NCBI GenBank assembly: GCA_030059665.1
Contig: JANVYR010000001.1
Location: 704,001 to 768,000 of the forward strand
Source: Candidatus Calditenuis fumarioli
GTDB taxonomy: Archaea; Thermoproteota; Nitrososphaeria_A; Caldarchaeales; Calditenuaceae
Reading direction: 5' to 3'
Length of the DNA: 64,000 bases
Within the stretch, counting starts at the first letter, position 1. Each line of letters opens with the position of its first letter. The translations under genes were made by a program, and so were the position numbers. The notes beneath the pieces are model-generated. The model did no database searches, was not told the DNA's origin, and saw nothing but the letters and a program-made list of their open reading frames with translations. Positions 1-9,130 of this stretch are shown piece by piece.

Positions 1-503
1 CTCCCTCTCGAGGACCTCGAGCTCGTAGACCGTCCTGAGCCTGGGCCTCCTGGCGACCCTCGACCTGACGGGTGGGGTCTGGTAGATCTCGCCGACGAAC
101 TTGGTCAGCGCCTCCGCCAGCTCCCTGTCCGAGACGTCGCCGTGCAGCCGCATTACGCCCACGTACTCCTTGGGCAGGCCCGTCACCGCCTGCGTGAGCC
201 TCGTGGCCCTTCCCAGCAGCACCGGGAGGACGCCGGTTACAGCGGGATCTCCCCCGCCCCGAGGGCGCCAAGGGTCCCGCCGTGGCCGGCCTGCTCGACG
301 CCGAGTATCCGGCGGACGGATGCCACCACGTCCTGGCTCGTAGGCCCGGCGTGCTTGTCCGCGACGAGGTACCCGAACTCGAGCAGATCCCGCAGGGTCC
401 GGTCCTCGGGACGCTTGCCGTACCTCTCGTCGGTCGTCGCGTCCACCACCGTCACGATCTCCCTCTCACGCTCTCTGAAGGGGTCGGAGTAGACGAACCT
501 CAA
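1..503 (-). CDS. cbf5: Cbf5/TruB RNA-guided pseudouridine synthase, intron-split (exon 1 503..269, exon 2 248..<1; 3' end outside window)
   Basis: Exon 1 (probable TTG start at 503, overlapping the rpl14e stop) reads GYLVADKHAGPTSQDVV...AGHGGTL. After removing 249-268 it continues DPAVTGVLPVLLGRATR...KEYVGVMRLHGDV...IYQTPPVRSRV, i.e. the complete TruB motif GHGGTLDP. Confidence 0.93.
249..268 (-). other. 20-nt bulge-helix-bulge (BHB) mRNA intron in cbf5
   Basis: Pre-mRNA CGGCGGGA-CCCU-UG^G-CGCCC-UCG-GGGCG-GGGG-AG^A-UCCCGCUG forms an 8-bp exon-exon stem, two 3-nt bulges and a 4-bp central helix. Excision restores the Asp codon G^AU; the unspliced frame stops at 239..237. Confidence 0.9.
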
Positions 504-790
504 CTGACCCCGACCTTCACCCTCGACCTCACGTACTCGATGAGACCCGCCTCTTCCAGCGCCCTCTTCACCTCCTCGTCGGACGCTCCCCTCGCTATCC
601 TGACCTTGTGCGGGGTGAAAGCCAGGTGGAGCACGTTGACCCTGCGCCTCCTGACGCCCGATACCTCCTTGGGCCCGGTCACCACCACGAACCCGTCCTC
701 CTTGTCGACGTCCACGATCACGCACTTCAGCCCCGCCTCCCTTCCCCTCGTCTTCACCGCGATCCTCCCGATCTCCTCATCCAGGCCCAT
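500..790 (-). CDS. rpl14e: 50S ribosomal protein L14e
   Basis: EIGRIAVKTRGREAGLKCVIVDVD...FVVVTGPKEVSGVRRRRVNVLHL; start placed at ATG 790 within ORF 500..1009. Confidence 0.93.
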   Translation of the reverse strand: MGLDEEIGRIAVKTRGREAGLKCVIVDVDKEDGFVVVTGPKEVSGVRRRRVNVLHLAFTPHKVRIARGASDEEVKRALEEAGLIEYVRSRVKVGVS

Positions 791-888
791 GCCAGCGGCA
801 CAGTCCATCAACCCAAATTTGAACGCTAACGACGCTGGAGGCGTCTGAGGGCGGAAGCGCAATAACCCGCGGGCTCGGTGGCCGGTGC

Positions 889-1461
889 GTGGGCGCAGAG
901 GAGGAGGTCTACGAGCGGTTGCTGAGGGCCCACGCGGAGGAGGTGAGGTCGCAGGGGCTCGCGAAGGTCCCGGAGGAGCTGCTCGACGCGATCGCCGCGC
1001 ATGCCTCATCGCTGAGGAGGGCCATCAGGACCGCCGCGGAGAAGGGGTCGGTACACCAGAGGCTGAGGGAGCGGGAGCTCGAGGTCATGCGGAGGGTTCT
1101 GGCCGATCTGCTCGAGCGGAGGCTGGCGAAGGTCGTCGGTGCGGCACTGGAGGGAAGGGTGCCTGAGAACGCGCTGCTCTTCGAGCTGCAGCTGTACCAG
1201 GAGCTCCGGACCGCCCTCGACTCCTACAGGGACCTCATGCTGCAGGCGGTGGAGGACCTGGACCTCCGGGGCTGCACATACCGGAGGGGACAGGCTCTGC
1301 TGGTCTTCACGGAGGACCACCCTGCGGTTACGGACGAGGAGGGCAGAAGAAGGGGCCCCTTCAGGCGAGGCTCCATTGCCTCCCTGCCACCGGTGACCGC
1401 GCTGCTCGCGCTGGACGCCGGAAAGGCGCGGCGCATCCCGCCACCACGGAGGCCGGAATAG
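889..1461 (+). CDS. GINS complex subunit (Gins51/Gins15 type)
   Basis: Helical A domain with LLERRLAKVV, followed by a C-terminal B domain with GPFRRGSIASLP...A...G.A pattern. Confidence 0.72.
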   Translation: MGAEEEVYERLLRAHAEEVRSQGLAKVPEELLDAIAAHASSLRRAIRTAAEKGSVHQRLRERELEVMRRVLADLLERRLAKVVGAALEGRVPENALLFELQLYQELRTALDSYRDLMLQAVEDLDLRGCTYRRGQALLVFTEDHPAVTDEEGRRRGPFRRGSIASLPPVTALLALDAGKARRIPPPRRPE

Positions 1462-1515
1462 CCGAATCTCCAGTAACCAATATTCATATGACGGTGCGGC
1501 CGAGCAGGGCCGGCG

Positions 1516-2670
1516 TTGTCTATCCCGAAGAGCAGCGTCGGGTATCTAACGCAGGTCTATCAGAACGTCTCCGAGGTCGACTGGTCCGGGGCCGAGGCAC
1601 TCTACAACTCCCTCAGGTCCGCGGGCGTGATCATCCCTGACGGGGAGGGGAGGAGCAAGGGAGCGCTGAGCATCGTCTGCAGCGAGATCGCCAAGATGCG
1701 CGGCGGCAAGGTCGTGATCGACAGGGCCGACATAGGATTTCCGGACAGGGACGTGGACGGAGCTGCACCGATCCTGAGGGAGAGGTACGGCCCAGTATCC
1801 CTGCTGATCTTCTCCGGCAGCGGACGGTCGCTGATACCGCTGGTCGACGCGCAGAAGCTGGCGCTCTACATCACCAAGTCGGGCAGGAGGAGGGACTACA
1901 GCATCGACGTGGTCACGAGCGACCCCAGCTCACCGCTGGGCAGGCTCGGGATGGAGTTCGGGACGTGCCTCGTCGTGAAGGGGAGGGAGCTGGAGGAGGA
2001 CACGGTCGACACCTCTGCCTTCAAGTCCGTCGGCATCCTCGGCGACGTCTTCATCCTCGGCGCCAGCCTCGTGCTCCAGGCCATCGCAGAGTCCCTCTAC
2101 TCGGGCAGGCCCTCCGAGATACGGAGCAGGGCCGCGAGGCTGATGGAGGAGACGAACGCGGTGGTTGAGAGGTTCGTCAACAGCGACTTCCTCACCGAGC
2201 TCGTCAGCCTCCTCGAGAGGAGGAACCTCTGTTTCTTCGCTGGCCTCGGGAGCGGACGTGAGGTGGCCCGGATGACCGCGGTCAGGATGGGTCACGTCAA
2301 GAGGGCGATAGGCGATCAGGTCTACGTCGCCGGCGAGTCGAGCACCCCGCCTCCGAGGGCAGGAGACGTGCTGGTGGTGATATCCTACAGCGGCGAGACG
2401 GAGGTCGTCGCGGCCTGGTGCAAGAACTTCAAGAAGCTCGGGGGGACGATCGCCTCGATCCTCGGCAGGAAGGGGACCACCATCGAGTCGCTCTCGGACA
2501 TGGTCTTCCACATCGAGACGGAGGTCGAGCCCGGCGCACCGAACGACTTCTACATCAAGGCGGCCTTCGCCACCAGTCCCCTGCCCATCTACCTGATCGA
2601 GAAGCTGCAGGAGAGGGGGCTCAAGCTCCCCGAGTACATCATCCGCTGGTACCACTCGGTGACCGGCTGA
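1516..2670 (+). CDS. Tandem SIS-domain protein (6-phospho-3-hexuloisomerase-like)
   Basis: Two SIS-like repeats: G.GRS.../IFSGSGRS and FAGLGSGREVARM.../VISYSGETEVV. Confidence 0.7.
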   Translation: MSIPKSSVGYLTQVYQNVSEVDWSGAEALYNSLRSAGVIIPDGEGRSKGALSIVCSEIAKMRGGKVVIDRADIGFPDRDVDGAAPILRERYGPVSLLIFSGSGRSLIPLVDAQKLALYITKSGRRRDYSIDVVTSDPSSPLGRLGMEFGTCLVVKGRELEEDTVDTSAFKSVGILGDVFILGASLVLQAIAESLYSGRPSEIRSRAARLMEETNAVVERFVNSDFLTELVSLLERRNLCFFAGLGSGREVARMTAVRMGHVKRAIGDQVYVAGESSTPPPRAGDVLVVISYSGETEVVAAWCKNFKKLGGTIASILGRKGTTIESLSDMVFHIETEVEPGAPNDFYIKAAFATSPLPIYLIEKLQERGLKLPEYIIRWYHSVTG

Positions 2671-2759
2671 TCTCCGAACGCCCGACCTCCTCACGTGCCG
2701 GGCCGCTCCCTCCCCTGCTGGGGTAAAGGAGAAAAGGGCCGCTCTGCCCACTACATCTC

Positions 2760-3236
2760 GTGTCGGCCGGTAAGGACGTCGTCATCGGTCTCCTGAGGGA
2801 GGCCAACGTCCCGTTCGAGGTCTACGAGCTCCGGGGTGATCAGGCGGCCACCGTGGAGAGCGCAGCCAGGTCCATCGGCGTCGACCCTTCCGTGATAGTG
2901 AAGAACGTGGTCTTCACCTCCGGCGACGAGGCGGTCGTGGTGCTCTGCTCCGGCGACAAATCGGTCGATCGGGCGAAGCTCTCCGCAGCGCTGGGGAAGA
3001 ACCTCCGGCTGGCCTCGAGGGACGAGGTACCGAGGCTCACCGGCTTCGTGGCAGGAGGCGTACCGCCCTTCGGTCACAGGGGCGAGGTGAAGGTCACCGT
3101 CGTTGCGGACAGATCGATCCTGAGGTTCGAGGAGGTGGTGACCTCCGCAGGCACGCCGAGCTCCCTTCTCAGGATCAGGACCGAGGACCTGCTCAAGCTC
3201 TCGAAGGCGATCGTCCTCGACGTCGCGAGGGGATAG
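2760..3236 (+). CDS. YbaK/EbsC family aminoacyl-tRNA deacylase
   Basis: IVKNVV, VD..KL, TGFVAGGVPPFGH, SAG motifs. Confidence 0.9.
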   Translation: MSAGKDVVIGLLREANVPFEVYELRGDQAATVESAARSIGVDPSVIVKNVVFTSGDEAVVVLCSGDKSVDRAKLSAALGKNLRLASRDEVPRLTGFVAGGVPPFGHRGEVKVTVVADRSILRFEEVVTSAGTPSSLLRIRTEDLLKLSKAIVLDVARG

Positions 3237-3320
3237 CGCCGATAGCGCCGCGAAGGCCCGTCCCTCTTCGCAAATCGACCTTAAATTAACGGGAATGGAA
3301 CCGGGACCGAGGTCGACCTC

Positions 3321-4376
3321 ATGTCACGAAACAAGACCGTGGTTTTGATACGTGGTGACGGAACCGGACCGGAGCTGACGGAAGCCTTCCTCGCGGTGCT
3401 GGAGAAGGTGAACCCTCCGGGACTCGAGGTCCTGATCAGGGAGGGAGGTTACGACTGGTGGGTATCTGCCGGCAAGCCGAAGGTGCCCGCGTTGATGCCC
3501 GAGGAGACGTGGGAGGCGATCAGGAACAGCGACGCCTGCCTCAAGGCTCCCACCACCACCCCACCCGATCCGGAGGCTCCGAGGAGCGTGGCCGTGAGCA
3601 TCCGTCAGGCGATGGACCTCTACGCCAACATTAGGCCGATCAAGACCTTCAAGGGCCTTCCCGGGCCGCTGGGAGAGGTCGACTTCGTCTGCGTTAGGGA
3701 GGCGACGGAGGGCCTCTACATCGGCATCGAGTTCATGGTCGAGAAGGGCGTTGCTGTGGCGCTCCGCAGGATAACCGACAGGTGCTCCGAGCGGATCGCG
3801 AGGGTGGCCTTCCAGGAGGCCAGAGCGAGGGGCTACGGCAAGGTCATCGCGATCACCAAGCGGAACATCCTGAGGCTGACCGACAGCGTCTTCTTCAACG
3901 CGGTCCAGCGGGTCGCCTCCGAGTTCCCGGACATAGCCCTGGAGGAGTACTACATCGACAACATGGCCCAGCAGCTGGTGAAGAACCCCCAGCGCTTCAA
4001 CGGAACGGTGCTGCTCAGCACCAACCTCTTCATGGACGTGATCTCGGAGCTCGCGTCGGCCCTCGTCGCCAACATCGGGATGATCTACTCCGCCAACATC
4101 GGCGACAGCTACGCGATGTTCGAGCCTGCCCACGGATCCGCACCGAAGTACAAGGGGATGTACCGCGTGAACCCGACGGCCATGATCCTGTCCGGCGCCT
4201 GGATGCTGGAGTACCTTGGCTACGTCAAGGAGGGTAGGGCCATCTTCAGGGCGACCGAGGAGGTGGTGGAGGAGCGGAGGGAGGTCACGCACGACCTCGG
4301 CGGCAACGCAAGCACGCTCGACATGGCGAGGGCGATAGCGAGGAGGGCAGAGCAGATCCTCGAGAGGGGAGGTTGA
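3321..4376 (+). CDS. Isocitrate/isopropylmalate dehydrogenase family enzyme (probably isocitrate or homoisocitrate dehydrogenase)
   Basis: GDGTGPE, DLYANIRP, REATEGLY, NLFMDVISE, FEPAHGSAPKY. The KY nucleotide-binding variant is typical of NADP-type enzymes. Confidence 0.88.
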   Translation: MSRNKTVVLIRGDGTGPELTEAFLAVLEKVNPPGLEVLIREGGYDWWVSAGKPKVPALMPEETWEAIRNSDACLKAPTTTPPDPEAPRSVAVSIRQAMDLYANIRPIKTFKGLPGPLGEVDFVCVREATEGLYIGIEFMVEKGVAVALRRITDRCSERIARVAFQEARARGYGKVIAITKRNILRLTDSVFFNAVQRVASEFPDIALEEYYIDNMAQQLVKNPQRFNGTVLLSTNLFMDVISELASALVANIGMIYSANIGDSYAMFEPAHGSAPKYKGMYRVNPTAMILSGAWMLEYLGYVKEGRAIFRATEEVVEERREVTHDLGGNASTLDMARAIARRAEQILERGG

Positions 4377-4379
4377 GGG

Positions 4380-4916
4380 TCAGAGGAGGGCCAGCAACCT
4401 CTCCAGCAGGCCGTCGGCCTCGAGCTCCGTGATCCAGTCTACCTCCTCCGAACGGATCTCTCCCCGAAGGGCCCTCAGCACGAGGTCCGCCACCTCCTCT
4501 ACCGTCCTGCCCGAGACCCTGATCTGGACCGTTCTCCGGGGGCCGTAGATCTCCAGCGTCCTGACGTAGACCAAGTCTATCAGCTCGGCCTCGACGTTCT
4601 GCCTCACCTTCTCCCTGTCGTAACCTCTGGACCTCAGGACCTCCACCAGCTCGATCGGGTTCCTCCTCAGCACCACCACCCTCCTCGGGATCAGGCCCCT
4701 CGGCTTGAAGGGGACGTGCGAGACGACCACCCCGCCCCCTCTCCTCAGTAGGGCTCCGGCCCTCGCGGAGACGGCCCTCATGTCGGCCTCCTCTCCGCCT
4801 GCGAGCTCCGCCAGCTCGATCAGCCTCAACCCTAGCCTCTCGGCCACGATCCTTCCCACCTCGGACTTCCCGACGCCCGGTGTGCCGAAGATCAGCACCG
4901 CCCTCACGACGGTCAA
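4380..4916 (-). CDS. Adenylate kinase 6 / Fap7 (hCINAP)-like P-loop kinase
   Basis: GTPGVGKS, VSH, VVVLR..P..L..RGY..EKVRQNVEAE. Start placed at TTG 4916; the ORF is open to 4946. Confidence 0.85.
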   Translation of the reverse strand: MTVVRAVLIFGTPGVGKSEVGRIVAERLGLRLIELAELAGGEEADMRAVSARAGALLRRGGGVVVSHVPFKPRGLIPRRVVVLRRNPIELVEVLRSRGYDREKVRQNVEAELIDLVYVRTLEIYGPRRTVQIRVSGRTVEEVADLVLRALRGEIRSEEVDWITELEADGLLERLLALL

Positions 4917-4949
4917 ATTTTTTGCATGCCCTCTCAAAGCGTTCACGGT

Positions 4950-5468
4950 TTGGGTAGGAGGCGGCTGAGGATAGTAGCGGAGGGGTCGCTGAGGGAGGAG
5001 GCCCTTGAGGGCTCCGATGCGGTCCGGGAGGCCCTTCCGGTGGAGCCGGAGGTGGTCGTCGCGGACCTCACAGAGCGGGTCAGCAGTTCCAGGAACAGGA
5101 TGAGGGGTCAGGTGAACGCGGTGAGGTTCCTCGAATCGATCGGCACCGATCCGCGCAGGGAGGAGCTGGTGCTCCTGCTGATATCCGACGACATCTACAT
5201 CGACGGCTTCAACTTCTGCTTCGGGCTGGCATACGGTAAATCCGCGGTCGTCTCGGTCTACCGCCTCAGGTCACGGGACCGGCAGCTCTACCTGAGAAGG
5301 GTGAGGAAGGAGGTGGTCCACGAGGTGGGCCACATGCTGGGCCTCAAACACTGCAGGGACAGTAGCTGCGTCATGTTCTTCAGCAACTCGATCGAGGACA
5401 CGGACCGCAAAGGTGAGACCCTATGCCAGAGGTGCGCTGCGACTTTGCAGAGGATCGCCGTCAGCTGA
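4950..5468 (+). CDS. Archaemetzincin zinc metalloprotease
   Basis: HEVGHMLGLKHC-x4-CVM.FS...D.K...LC..C; probable TTG start at 4950. Confidence 0.92.
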   Translation: MGRRRLRIVAEGSLREEALEGSDAVREALPVEPEVVVADLTERVSSSRNRMRGQVNAVRFLESIGTDPRREELVLLLISDDIYIDGFNFCFGLAYGKSAVVSVYRLRSRDRQLYLRRVRKEVVHEVGHMLGLKHCRDSSCVMFFSNSIEDTDRKGETLCQRCAATLQRIAVS

Positions 5469-5553
5469 ACCGCAGTTCCTCCCGGTCTGAGCCCTCGGTG
5501 ACCCGAGGCCCAGCGCTCCCGGATCGGGCTCCGGTGGACGTCAGTAGGCCCCC

Positions 5554-5991
5554 TCACTCCTCCCTCGCTTCCCTCTGCTCCCTCCCCTGCGTCTGGGCGA
5601 GCGCAGCACCCGAGGATATCAGGCCCTCTACGTACTCCCGGGTGATCACCTTCGACTCCAGCAGGTTCACAATGGAGTTGAGCGAGGCTATGCCCGTCAG
5701 CCTGCCGAGGGTTCCGGTGATCTGCCGCCACCTCAGCCTGGTGTTGCCGCTCCTAGAGTTGTAGATCACGCCCAGGACGTCGATCGCCTTCACGAAGGTT
5801 ATGTCCCTGATCTGGGCCAGCTCGATCTTCGCCGCGGCCTCCAGGTAGATCTGTCCCCTCTCCGCCGGTCGCTCAGGGAAGATCGTCGGGTCCCTCAGGT
5901 ACCCCTTCGGTATGAAGGAGAGGCAGGTGTTGTAGATCATGAAGCGCCTGAACCTCTCCAGCGGCGTCCTGACGTCGATCTGCACGCTCAT
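5554..5991 (-). CDS. Hypothetical protein (145 aa)
   Basis: ATG-started ORF with natural composition that fills the gap between convergent neighbours; no motif recognised. Confidence 0.65.
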   Translation of the reverse strand: MSVQIDVRTPLERFRRFMIYNTCLSFIPKGYLRDPTIFPERPAERGQIYLEAAAKIELAQIRDITFVKAIDVLGVIYNSRSGNTRLRWRQITGTLGRLTGIASLNSIVNLLESKVITREYVEGLISSGAALAQTQGREQREAREE

Positions 5992-6102
5992 GCTTCCCGC
6001 ATGTCATGACGTCCTCGGAATATTTATGTGGTTAAGGTAACAGGAGCCGCGTTCGGCCGTCCCGAGTGGAACCGTAGAATACCGGCAGGTCGGAGCAGGA
6101 GC

Positions 6103-7536
6103 GTGGCTTTCAGGAAGGGAAGGCTCGAGGGCGAGGTGCCTGAGAGGGTAGCGCGGTACATCTCATCGCTCGAGGAGGACGAGGAGATACTGGATGAGGT
6201 CCTTGCGGTGAACGCAGCCCACCTGAGGTCCCTGCGGAGGATGGGCCTGATCAGCGACGATGTCCTGGAGAGGGCGCTCGGCGCGCTGAGGGGGTTCCCG
6301 AGGGAGGCGCTGAGGACCGCGGACCCGAGGCTCGAGGACGTCCACATGGTGGTGGAGGAGCACCTGAGGTCGGAGGTACCAGAGGCCGGGGAGAACCTGG
6401 CGCTCGGGAAGAGCAGGAACGACGCCGTCTCCGCCGCGATCAGGATGAGGGTTCGCCGTTTCATCGCCGAGCTCGTCCTCTCGGGCACCGGCCTCGCGGA
6501 GGCGCTGCTCTCCAAGGCGGAGGAATACGCTGAGACCCTCTTCCCCCTCCACACGCACGAGCAGCCTGCCGCTCCGGGGACCCTCGGGTTCGTGCTGAGC
6601 TGCCACGCATCCCGCCTCCTGAAGGCCCTTCGGGCGCTGGCCTCGGCGTACGGAGAGGTTAACGCGTCGCCTCTCGGCGCCGGACCGGTTGGCGGGACCT
6701 CCGTGCCCCATGACCGGCTGGCCATTGCCGAGGACCTCGGTTTCGACGGCGTCGTCCTGAACGCCCTGGAGGCTAGCTCCTCGAGGGACTTCGCGCTTGC
6801 CTTCCTCTGCGGCCTCCTCAGGGTTTCGCTCGTCCTCACAGACCTCGCGGAGGAGCTCGTGAGGTACGTCTCGCAGAACCCTCCGTTGCTGGACTTCGAC
6901 GACGCCTTCTTCTCGACCAGCAGCATCATGCCCCACAAGAGGAACCCGGTCGTCGCGGAGGTTGCCAGGACCTCGCTCTCAAGGGTGCTCGGGGAGCTGG
7001 TGAGGTTCTCGGTCAACGTCTCGAGGAGGTTCGGTGGTTACGTGCTGGACCTCCAGGAGTCGACGGAGCCCCTCTGGAGGGCGGCGCGGTGGACGCTCGA
7101 GACGCTCGAGGCGATGGCGGAGATGGTGCGGACGCTGAGGCCGGGTCCGGGCGCTGGCACCTCGATCGATCCGAAGACCGGGTTGACCGAGTACGCTGCC
7201 TGGCTCACCCTCACCGGCAGGCTAACCTTCAGGAGGGCCCACCTGCTCTGCGGCAGAATCGCCTCGATGCTCCACTCGGGTGCCTCGCTCGAGTCCGTGG
7301 AGGCCTACCTGACGGAGAGCGGGCTAGATCGGGAGGCGGTCGCCAAGCTGAGGGAGTTCCTAGAGCCGAGGCGCGTTATCGGGACCTACGCCGTCATCGG
7401 GTCGTCGAGGCCCGACGAGGTCAGGAGATCGATAGGCGAACTCGTTCGGGAGTGCGGCGAGCTGAAGGCATGGGCCACCGATCGCCTGAGATTCGAAGAG
7501 GAGCGCAGGGCCAGGGTCCTCGGAGGCGTCAGGTAG
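6103..7536 (+). CDS. argH: Argininosuccinate lyase
   Basis: LGKSRNDAV, HTHEQPA, SPLGAG, STSSIMPHKRNP. Probable GTG start at 6103 after GGAG; the ORF is open from 6028. Confidence 0.93.
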   Translation: MAFRKGRLEGEVPERVARYISSLEEDEEILDEVLAVNAAHLRSLRRMGLISDDVLERALGALRGFPREALRTADPRLEDVHMVVEEHLRSEVPEAGENLALGKSRNDAVSAAIRMRVRRFIAELVLSGTGLAEALLSKAEEYAETLFPLHTHEQPAAPGTLGFVLSCHASRLLKALRALASAYGEVNASPLGAGPVGGTSVPHDRLAIAEDLGFDGVVLNALEASSSRDFALAFLCGLLRVSLVLTDLAEELVRYVSQNPPLLDFDDAFFSTSSIMPHKRNPVVAEVARTSLSRVLGELVRFSVNVSRRFGGYVLDLQESTEPLWRAARWTLETLEAMAEMVRTLRPGPGAGTSIDPKTGLTEYAAWLTLTGRLTFRRAHLLCGRIASMLHSGASLESVEAYLTESGLDREAVAKLREFLEPRRVIGTYAVIGSSRPDEVRRSIGELVRECGELKAWATDRLRFEEERRARVLGGVR

Positions 7537-8587
7537 CCCTTCTCCCCATCGACTGTAGCTCCTCCACGGCGCCGATGTAGACCGAGCACGCGGTCCTCAG
7601 ATCGTCCACGCTCACCTCCTCCTCGTTGGTGTGCGCGAGGAGCGAGTTGCCCGGGCCGCAGGCGGCTATGCTCCTAGTCAGCTTCCAGAGTACGTTCATG
7701 TCGCTGCTACCTGTCTTCTTCACGACCCTCGGCCTCTTGCCCGTCTTCAGGATCGCCCTGATCAGCGCCCTCGGAACCGGCTGCGAGAGGCTGGTCTCGA
7801 AGGGCTCGGTCACGTCCCTGATGGAGAACGAGCAGTTGTAGAGGGAGCAGACCGTCTCGATCCTCTCGATCACGGACCTGGTCTCGACGGACGGAGGGAA
7901 CCTCACGTTCACCACGGCCTCCGCTCGCTCCGGGAGCTTCGTGGGCCAGTCGCCGGCCGAGATCATAGTGACCGCAGATGTGGGCTCGTCGTAGCTCCTA
8001 CCGTTGAAGATGGACCTGAGCGTGTTGATCGCGTCCAAGAGCCTCTCCAGCGCCGACTCCCCCATGTAGGGGGCTGAGCTGTGCCCTCCCCTCGCGGTGG
8101 CGTAGATTGTGAAGGTCAGGCTGCCCCTGTAGCTGATCGCAACGCCCGTGGTTCCCGTCGGCTCCCCGATCACTATGTGGTCTGCCTTGAAGCCCGACTC
8201 GAGCAGCTCCTTCGCGCCGGAACCCTCGCCCTCCTCGTCGACGAGACCACCGACCACGAGTTTGTAGCCCTGACCTATGCGTGCCTTCGACCCGGCGAAG
8301 AGCATGGCAGCGAACGGCCCCTTCGCATCGACAGCACCCCTTCCCCTGATGACGTCGCCCCTCCTCACGGCCTCGATCTCACCGGGTATCGTGTCGACGT
8401 GTCCGGCCAGCAGTATCACTCGGTCACCGCTGCCACGGGAGAAGAGGTAGTTCCCCGCGGAGTCGATCGTCAGCTCGTCGTACCCGAGTTCTTGCCTCAG
8501 GCGCCTCATCACCGGCTCCAGGTTCGACTCCGAACCGCTCGGCGAGTAAACCCTCAGCAGCTCCAGCAGGACGTCAGCTACGTCCAC
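7529..8587 (-). CDS. lysK: [LysW]-lysine/ornithine hydrolase, M20 family
   Basis: LAGHVDTIPG, GRGAVDAKG, DEEG, GHSS, TGSSDMN, GPG.S.LAHT.EE; adjacent to argH. Confidence 0.82.
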   Translation of the reverse strand: MDVADVLLELLRVYSPSGSESNLEPVMRRLRQELGYDELTIDSAGNYLFSRGSGDRVILLAGHVDTIPGEIEAVRRGDVIRGRGAVDAKGPFAAMLFAGSKARIGQGYKLVVGGLVDEEGEGSGAKELLESGFKADHIVIGEPTGTTGVAISYRGSLTFTIYATARGGHSSAPYMGESALERLLDAINTLRSIFNGRSYDEPTSAVTMISAGDWPTKLPERAEAVVNVRFPPSVETRSVIERIETVCSLYNCSFSIRDVTEPFETSLSQPVPRALIRAILKTGKRPRVVKKTGSSDMNVLWKLTRSIAACGPGNSLLAHTNEEEVSVDDLRTACSVYIGAVEELQSMGRRAT

Positions 8588-8617
8588 GCCATGAGACCAA
8601 ACCCGCCATCAAATGAA

Positions 8618-9130
8618 TCATCGCTCGTTCCCGGAATCGGCCACCGCAACTCTTCCGGAGGAGAGCGCCAGCTCCAAGGCCCTCCTGAGGGTCGACTCGA
8701 TCCGCCTCCAGTGGCTCCCCTCCCAGTACCGCTGGCCGCAGGCGACGCACTCCCAGAGGTTCTCGGCTTTCGGCACCAGCTCGCCGTTGCAGAGCGAGCA
8801 CCTGGTGGCCTCGGGCTCGAGGAAGCTCCTCGGATCGATCCCCTCATGCGCTGAGACGTAGAGGGCCACGCGGGCCAGCTGCACCTCCACCCCCTCCAGA
8901 GGCAGGAGCACCGACCTGAGGTTCCTCTTCAGCGCTGCCCTGTGGAGCTCCACGTCCGAGGTCAGGAGGACCCTGCCTGTGCGGGAGGCGAAATCGAGCA
9001 GGCCCTCGTCGTCACTGCTCCAGTAAACCGTGTCGTATCCGAGGATGCGTAGCCATCGGGCGAGCTTTCCGTGCATCGAGTCCGCAACGAACCTCGGCTC
9101 ACTCCGTTGGCCTTCCGCGTTCGAGCTCAA
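8618..9130 (-). CDS. Mut7-C/DUF82 PIN-like RNase domain protein with Zn ribbon
   Basis: FVADSMHGKLARWLRILGYD, LLTSD.EL, RC.LCNG.L, C..CGQ.YW.GSHW. Confidence 0.9.
   Translation of the reverse strand: MSSNAEGQRSEPRFVADSMHGKLARWLRILGYDTVYWSSDDEGLLDFASRTGRVLLTSDVELHRAALKRNLRSVLLPLEGVEVQLARVALYVSAHEGIDPRSFLEPEATRCSLCNGELVPKAENLWECVACGQRYWEGSHWRRIESTLRRALELALSSGRVAVADSGNER

Noticed and set aside
237-725. ORF-track 162-aa protein as a stand-alone gene, or cbf5 as a frameshifted pseudogene
   Set aside because: It is cbf5 exon 1 plus upstream in-frame sequence; the BHB intron explains the break.
3232-3249. Short tandem repeat GATAGCGCC x2 (likewise TTTTAACTGG x2 near 42855)
   Set aside because: Only two units each; no evidence of function.
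6024-6102. Possible ncRNA or riboswitch in the argH leader
   Set aside because: Only a short GCCG/CGGC hairpin; no recognisable family motif.
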